NCBI GenBank assembly: GCA_951406725.2 | Contig: OX597826.1 | Location: forward strand, 75,578,001-75,642,000 | Length of the DNA stretch: 64,000 nt | Origin: Octopus vulgaris | Lineage: Eukaryota | Direction: 5' to 3' | In this document: piece by piece, positions 56,036-64,000 of the stretch | Layout: each line of letters opens with the position of its first letter | Numbering within the stretch: the stretch's first letter is position 1 | Notes under the pieces: model-generated | What the model was told of the DNA's origin: nothing | What the model saw: only the letters and a program-made list of their open reading frames with translations | The model's database searches: none | Program-made: the position numbers and the translations under genes

Positions 56036-58570
56036 AAGGCGGTGAGCTGGCATTGTTAATAGCACGCCGGGCAGAATGCTTCGTGGGGTGCCTAAAATAA
56101 GGACGGGTTGAACAGTAGAGCACATGGAATCGACTTACGACTTTTACTTTCATCCTTTAGGGGGTCATTAAATTAAGGAACAGTTATGCACTGGAGCAGA
56201 TGTAATCGACTTACGACTTTTCCTTTCATCCTTCAGGGGGTCATTAAATTAAGGACTAGTTGTACACTGGAGTAAAGGTAATCCAATCAGGACTTTTCCT
56301 TTCATTCTCCCGGGGATCCTTGGACTTTTCCCTTCATCATTCCGGGGTCTTAAAATAAGGACCAGTTGAGCACAGGAGTAGATGTAATCGACCTACGACT
56401 TTTCCTTTCATTCTTCCGGATGTCATAAAAAAGGGCGGGTTGAACAGTAGAGCACATGGAATCGACCTACGACATTTCCCTTCATCATTCAGGGGGTCCC
56501 TAAATTAAGGAACAGTTGTGCACAGTAGTAGATGTAACCGAATTACGACTTTTCCTTTCATCCATCCCGGTGTGCTTATAATAAGGTCCAGTTGAAGACT
56601 AGAGTACATGTAATCGACTTACGACTTTTCCTTTCACCCTGGGGGTCCATAAATTAGGACCAGTTGTACACTGGAGTAGATGTAATCGACTTACGACTTT
56701 TCATTTCATCCTCCAGGGAGTCCTTAAAATAAGGACCAGTTGAACACTGGAGTAGATGCAATCGACTTACGACTTTTCCCTTCATCATGCCGGGGGTCCT
56801 TAAAATAAGGACAAGTTTAACAGTAGAGTAGATGTAATCGACTTACGACTTTTCCTTTCTTCATTCCGGGGGTCCTTAAATTAGGGACCAGTTGAACACT
56901 GGGGTAGATGTAATCGATTTACGATATATACTTTCATCATTCTTGGAGGTCCTTAAAATAAGGAACAGTTGAACATTGGAATAGATGTAGTCGGCTTGCA
57001 ACTTTCCTTTCATTATTCTGAGGGTCCTTAAATTAAGGACAATTGAACACTGGAGCAGATGTAACCGAATTACGACTTTTCTTTTCATCCTTCCGGGAGT
57101 CCTTAAAATAAGGACCATTTGAACCCTGGAATTGATGTAATCGACTTACGAATTTTCCTTCCATCCTTCCGAGGGTCCTTTAATTAAGGACCAGTTGAAC
57201 ACTAGAGTAGATGTAATCGACTTGCGAATTTTCCTTTCATCAATCCGGGTGTCCTTAAATTATGGACCAGTTGAACAGTGGAGTAGATGTAATCGACTTA
57301 CGACTTTGCCTTTCGTCCTTCTGGGGTTCCTTAATATAAGAACCAGTTGGACACTGCAGAAGATATAACCGAATTACGACATTTCCTTTCATCCTTCCAG
57401 GTGTCCTTATAAGAAGGTCCAGTTGAACACTAGAGTACTTGTAATCGACTTACGACTTTTCCGTTCACCCTGGGGGTCCTTAAAATAAGAACCAGTTGAA
57501 CAATGGAGTACATGCAATCGACTTACGAGCTTTCTTTTCATCCTTCCGGTGGTCCTTAAAATAAGGATCAGTATCCTTCCGGCGGTCCATAAATTAAGGA
57601 CCACTTGAACACTGGAGTAGATGTAATCGACTTACAACATTTCCTTTCATCATTCCATATGGATCCTTAAAATAAGGAACTGTTGACCACTGGAATAGAT
57701 GTAATCGACTTGCGACATTTCCTTTCATCCTTCCGAGGGTCCTTAAATTAAGGACAATTGAACACTGTAACAGATGTAATCGACTTACGACTTTTCCTTT
57801 CATCATGCTGGTGATCCTTAAAATAAGGAATAGCTGAACACTGGAGCAGATATAATCGACTTACGACTTTTTCTCTTATCCTTCCGGGGCTCATTAAATT
57901 AAGGACCAGTTTTGCACTGGAGTAGATGTAATCGACTTACGACTTTTGCTTTCATCCTTCCGGGAGTCCTCAAATTAAGGAGCAGTTGTTCACTGAAATA
58001 GATGTAATTGACTTACGGCTTTGCCTGTCACCCTTCCGGGGTTCCTTAAGATAAGGACTAGTTGAACGCTAAATTAGATGTAACCGAATTACGACATTTT
58101 CTTTCATCCTTCCCGGAATCCTTGAAATAAGGACCAGTTGAACCCTGGAGTTGATGTAATCGACTTACGACTTTTCTTTTCATCCTTCCGGGTGTCCTTT
58201 AGTTAAGGACTAGTTGAACACTGGGGTAGATGTAATCGACTTACGACTTTGCTTTTCACCCTTCCGGGAGTCCTTAAGATAAGGACTAGTTGAACATCGC
58301 AGTAGATGTAACCGAATTACTACTTTTCCTTTCATCTTTCCGGGGTTCCTTTAATTAAGGACCAGTTGAACACTAGAGTACATGTAATCGGTCTACGACT
58401 TTTCCTTTCATCATTCCGGGGATCCGTAAAATAAGGACCAGTTGAACATTGGAGTAGATGTAATCGACTTACGACTTTTCGTTTCATCCTTCCGGGGATC
58501 CCTAATATTAGGGCTCTACCCCGAAATTGCCAGCCTTGTACCAACATTTGAAAACGTTGTTGTTGTTGTT
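56036..58570 (+). repeat. ~31 x 75-76 bp tandem array expanded inside one family C SINE
   Basis: Unit ~CCTTAAAATAAGGACCAGTTGAACACTGGAGTAGATGTAATCGACTTACGACTTTTCCTTTCATCCTTCCGGGGGT. SINE head at 56036-56081; SINE tail plus (GTT)n at ~58510-58570. Confidence 0.92.
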
Positions 58571-58839
58571 GTATGTGAAGGGGAAGGAAGAATAAGGGAC
58601 AGCAGTTGAATTACATTGTTGAATGAGTTTGAGAGAATCGGCGACGGCAAAATCCGTCTCTTTGTGAGTTATTTCTTTCGGAATTAGGATTGTAACATCC
58701 CAGCTAAACATTCACGAAAATAGACACTTAAAGCAAAGACTGTCTCCACACAGGAAATTTCCCAAACCTATGCTGATTGGTTGCTTTGAAGAATTCGTTC
58801 TCGGGAAATTGAAACAACTGCAGTGTGACACTGTCTTAT

Positions 58840-59490
58840 TAAATGCTTTGCTTTCGGCCGTTTTTACGTTCTGAGTTCAAATTCCTCCGAGATCGACTTT
58901 GATTTTCGTCCTTTCAGGGTCGATAAAGTAAATACCTGTTAAGCGCTGAGGTTGATGTAATCGACTTACAACCAGCCCCACCCGACCCCCACTTGCTCCG
59001 AATGTGCTGGCCTTGTGCCAAAATTTGAAACTATCATTAGGTATTTAGTTAAGATGGCAATTTGTTGGAATCATTACCGCACCGGACAAATTGTTGAGCG
59101 GCATTTCTTCCGGCCATTCATGTTCTAAGCTCAAATTCCGCTGACTATGCGGCAGGTATTTAAAGGGAAAAAATTTGACAAGACAGTCAGTCACCGGGTG
59201 ACGATACATCGAAGAGGCCAGGGAACAGAAGAAAGAAGAAGAAAGAAGACATGCACCCAACACCAGAGCTGAAGACACTTCCGAAAGTAGGGGGGCCCAC
59301 CACGTCAAAACGGTAGAGGAGTAGGGGCCGAAACCGGACGTGGTTCCTCCTGATGATGTCTTGAGCTAACTGGATCCTATAAAGGAGCTGTTGTGGTAGC
59401 AGACCACGAAACACGGTCGTAATTCCTCCCCAAGTTCCTGTTAACTACTTCCCTAAAATTGCTGGCCTTGTGCAAACATTTGAAACTAAT
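58840..59490 (+). mobile_element. Family C SINE copies; the second is split by a GC-richer hammerhead-motif insert (~59150-59425)
   Basis: SINE at 58840-59035; head at 59080-59145 and tail at ~59445-59490 on either side of the insert. Confidence 0.55.
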
Positions 59491-61538
59491 ATTTTATATG
59501 TACTTTTAAGTTTCCTTTGCACCTAGTTTACATTCTTCCTAGACTTTATCTTTCCATCATTCGTTATCTTTTCATACTTCGTTATCTCTTCATTTCATTT
59601 TCCCCCCATGAATTCTTTTTACTTATTTTTACTATCATCTTTTACTCTGTTACAAAATTCTATAAACACTTTTCCCAGTTTCTCTCTCTCTCTTTCTCCC
59701 TCGTATATTTCGTCTCTATATTCTCAGAGGCTACACATTTCAAGGACTTAAGCCCTTCATCATTTCTGTATGTAGTAGCATCTGTTTATGAACACAATCT
59801 CTTATCGGTCCTTATACCTTTGTTTGTCTTACATTATCTTAATACCACTGATATATCTCTTTTCATTGCATTATGTAATTCTCACAGCTGACACGCGAGA
59901 CATTTCATCTCACAGTATTTGTTATTTACAGAGAAATGCTGATGACTTTCAAGTGTTGTACTTTTCGTCCAATAAAACTTTCCCATTCACAACTAATGTA
60001 CTTGTCGGTTTTGTTGTTTGCCTGTGTGCAAAAATAAGCGAAGCATTTCTGACGTTACCCGTTCTTAAACTATGACTTGAATTCCCTGTTATTATAAAGC
60101 TATAATGTTTAATGTCAAGTTTTCTATTAGTTTGATAAATAAGGCGGTGCGGCGTCAAAATCGGATCGGGTGACAGAATAAGCATTTAATCGAACCTTAT
60201 CACGTCCCGAACAAATATTCTTTCACTGGTGCGAAGTAGATTAGTATCGGACTAATCTAGTAGCTTTGTCCAATCTGACGTCTACAACCATCTCGTTTGG
60301 ACATTCTGCGAAAAGTCTGTGTGAAAGTTTCACAGTTGTAAACAAGCATCATTTACTATGAAAAGAAAAGCGTTTTTCTTTAACGAATGAACATCCAGTT
60401 TATATACAGAAGACGTTTCGGGGTTTTCATCTAATGAAAACCCGCCAGATTTAAAAGAACCAGATAAATTCGTATTAGATCTTTAATTAAAACGTTTTGG
60501 CCTGTTGTGCAACATAGTATATTTCTTTATTAAATCTCTAATGCAAAACGTTTGATCTAACAATAGTTCCAATTGATTTCAAAGCTAAACGAATCCCTTT
60601 AAACCTTCCCAAGCTCTCACAGTATCTTTGTAACTCTACGAGCAAGACAAAACCCGTATGAGACAGAAAAATGGATGTGTAGAAGATTATTATTGGATAT
60701 GTATGAAAAGAAACCAATGGCGAGGCCAAGCATCTCGTCGTTAAATTAAATATAAACGACCGAATAGAATACATCGGCAGGCGTAAACCAATTGAGGCCT
60801 CGAAAGGTTACACTGTCAACTCCACTCAGAGCCAGAGCTGTAGGTTAATCAATCCTACCAAGAGTGAAACAATATTATAAGGAAGCTTATAAAGGATGAG
60901 CCTAGTTGTAAAATTTTATAATACGATATCGTCTAGTTCTTTCAGTTATCATTCTCCCCTACACCCACCCCCGCCAAAGTAAATTAATCTAGGTCTTAGT
61001 ATTTGGTAAGCTATACACAGCAATTACTCCGATATTGGTATAATTATGAATGTCAGAAAATTACTTTTTTACATCGTGGCACTCTACTGAGTGAAAGATG
61101 ACGATAAATAACGAGCTTCTTAATGTGGCAATAGGAACTTTGATAGAGCTGATATTGCACATCCTGTGGCCTATTTGGTCTTGAGAGTCTAAATAACGAA
61201 GCAGATGAGACTAACTTAGGATTATTCATAGAAGACACACAACAGAAACGGATATGAATTAAAATTAGGAAAAAAAAAAAAACTACATGGAATGAGAGAA
61301 TAATTAATACAGCTATGAACAGAAAATGCCGGTGGGTGTTGAAATATCGATAAAGAGTCTTGAGCAACGTTTATGCATGAGAATGTCTGTATATTTTGTA
61401 TATACGTATTTATTTATAACTGGAGAAACGAAATTAATATAATAGCGTTACAATTGATCATATCCTAAAGGCGGTGCTCCAGCATGGCCGCAGTCAAATG
61501 ACTGAAACAAGTAAAAGATAAAAGATATATGTTAAACG

Positions 61539-61841
61539 TCGCTCTTTCCAAGCCTAGCCAGGCTCATGGGCCCGGTTTCCTGGTTTCTGTGGCGTATGTG
61601 TTCCCCCCAGCTGGACGGGAAACCAGTCCATGGCAGCGTTACTCAAGAAACAGGAAGAGAGAGTGAGAGAAAGTTGTGGCGAAAGAGTACAACAGGGGTC
61701 GCCACCACACCTTGCCGGAGCCTCGTGGATCTTTTAGGTGTTTTAGCTCAATAAACACACACAACGCCCGGTCGGGGAATCGAAACCGCGATCCTCCGAC
61801 TGCGAGTCCGCTGCCCTAACCACTGGGCCATTGCGCCTCCA
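61539..61841 (-). mobile_element. SINE family A, tail 2
   Basis: Near-identical to 53099-53410; short ATATGTTA flanking repeat. Confidence 0.88.
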
Positions 61842-62573
61842 CAAAACATATGTTAGGGCAACAGAATTAACAGTCACCGTTGTTACAAGCCCAATCATTC
61901 ACATGGTTAGCTCCAATAGAAAAATACGTCATGGCTTTGTCGAGGTTTCTGTGGTTCTTGCGTGATACAAATCATGACGAACTCGAAAATTACCATGTCG
62001 ATTGCAGGCAGTGCACTAGTATAAGGGAACGGGAGCTTGAAACCAGAGATTCGGCATGACCGTTTTTGAGAATTTCTATTTACAGTGGCGACAGTTTGAA
62101 CAAAAGGACTGCTGTTTCTGCTTTGTATAAACATAGCTCTCTTATGTAAATAGCAGCCGACTTGAATTTCGTTCTCCTTCAGAAAGAAACGTTGGTTTCG
62201 AAATGTTTAATTAAAACATGCTTTATTTACATATGTCTTAATATGTGTGGGCGCATGTCCACATGAGTATATATGATTGTGTATATGCATACATGCATAT
62301 ATAACTCTGTGTATGTGTGATTGCGTGTGTACATTGGTTTTGTGTGTGTGTGTGTGTGTGTCTAAATATGTATACTCTTTTACTCTTTTACTGGTTTCAG
62401 TCATTTGACTGCGGCCATGCTGGAGCACCGCCTTTAGTCGAGCAACTCGACCCCGGGACTTGTTCTTTTTGTAAGCCCAGTACTTATTCTATCTGTCTCT
62501 TTTTGCCGAACCGCTAAGTGACGGGGACGTAAACACACCAGCATCGGTTGTCAAGCAATGCTAGGGGGACAAA

Positions 62574-62646
<73 letters not shown>

Positions 62647-63212
62647 TACGACAGGCTTCTTTCAGTTTCCGTCTATCAAATCCACTCACAAGGCATTGGT
62701 CGGCCCGAGGCTATAGTAGAAGACACTTGCCCAAGGTGGCACGCAGTGAGACTGAACCCGGAACCATGTGGTTGGTTAGCAAGCCACTTACCACACAGCC
62801 ACCCCTGCGCCTTTGTGTATGTGTATGCATCTGCAAGCGCGCATGCAAAAACGAAGACGTGTATAAACATTCCTTGTTTTGAAATCATTGAAAGATTTGC
62901 TTAAAAGTATTACATTAAAATTTTATTTAAGCAACAACGCAACTTCATGTGTTAAGTTATTAGTGGGACTTCGCTAGTTTGAAGCTTAAGATGTTTATAT
63001 TATTACTACTACTACGTGAAATAGAAATGAAATGAAAAAACGTGAGCTTGAAGCAGCCTTTTTTTTCTTCTTTTTGCTCCAAAAGAGTTTTAAACCAAAT
63101 AACATAATTATATTTCAAAACAATATTCAAACAGTGATTATTTCAGAAGGAAAACAGGCTCAGTTCACCGGCTGATACAATGGAGCCTTTCAGTTACAAT
63201 GCATTATAGAAT

Positions 63213-63592
63213 GGAGGCGCAATGGCCCAGTGGTTAGGGCAGCGGACTCGCGGTCATAGGATCGCGGTTTCGATTCCCTGACCGGGCGTTGTGAGTGTTT
63301 ATTGAGCGAAAACACCTAAAGCTCCACGAGGCTCCGGCAGGGATGGTGGTGATCCCTGCTGTACTCTTTCACCACAAATTTCTCTCACTCTTACTTCCTG
63401 TTTCTGTTGTACCTGTATTTCAAAGGGCCGGCCTTGTCACTCTCTGTGTCACGCTGAATATCCCCGAGAACTACGTTAAGGATACACGTGTCTGTGGAGT
63501 GCTCAGCCACTTGCACGTTAATTTCACGAGCAGGCTGTTCCGTTGATCGGATCAACCGGAACCCTCATCGTCGTAACCGACGGAGTGCTTCC
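63213..63592 (+). mobile_element. SINE family A, full length, flanked by a 205-bp direct repeat
   Basis: Near-identical to 48661-49043; flanks 63008-63212 and 63593-63797. Confidence 0.92.
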
Positions 63593-64000
63593 ACTACTAC
63601 GCGAAATAGAAATGAAATAAAAAAACGTGAGCTTGAAGCAGCCTTTTTTTTCTTCTTTTTGCTCCAAAAGAGTTTTAGACCAAATAACATAAATATATTT
63701 CAAAACAATATTCAAACAGTGATTATTTCAGCAGGAAAGCAGGATCAGTTCACCGGCTGATACAATGGAGCCTTTCAGTTACAATGTATTATAGAATACT
63801 CTACATGCGCAGGAGTGGCTGTGTGGTAAGTAGCTTGCTAACCAACCACATGGTTCCGGGTTCAATCCCACTGCGTGGCACCTTGGGCAAGTGTCTTCTA
63901 CTATAGCCTCGGGCCGACTAAAGCCTTGTGAGTGGGTTTGGCAGACGGAAACTGAAAAGAAGCCCGTCGTATATATGTATATATATATATGCGTGTGTGT

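Noticed and set aside
56080-58507. CRISPR-like array
   Set aside because: The whole unit repeats with scattered variants. There are no unique spacers and no cas genes, the context is eukaryotic, and the unit derives from a SINE.
56876-58547. Repetitive ORFs (MKRKVVSRLHLLQCST..) as a repeat protein
   Set aside because: They are by-products of the array. Unit lengths vary and break the frame, and stops are frequent.

Overview
AT-rich, microsatellite- and retroposon-saturated animal DNA. The SINE/LINE content looks like a cephalopod (probably Octopus), which is my inference. One host gene could be rebuilt by hand: a 9-exon SLC22/MFS organic ion transporter on the minus strand (ATG 55560 to stop 22253, 1671-nt CDS, 556 aa, all GT-AG introns with matching phases). 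The rest is transposon debris: three tRNA-type SINE families, RTE, CR1, Tx1-like and Dong/R4 LINE fragments, several Penelope-like elements (PLEs), two Tc1/mariner relics and a nested Helitron. Four things stand out. (1) About ten hammerhead-ribozyme-like motifs from several unrelated families, many inside short fold-back elements, including a G3:C8 core swap and an A6U variant seen in two copies. (2) A ~31 x 75-76 bp tandem array grown inside a single SINE just upstream of the transporter start codon. (3) Retroposon target-site duplications of 13, 29, 79 and 205 bp. (4) SINEs with shuffled head and tail modules. All calls were made by eye; no database search or folding program was run.
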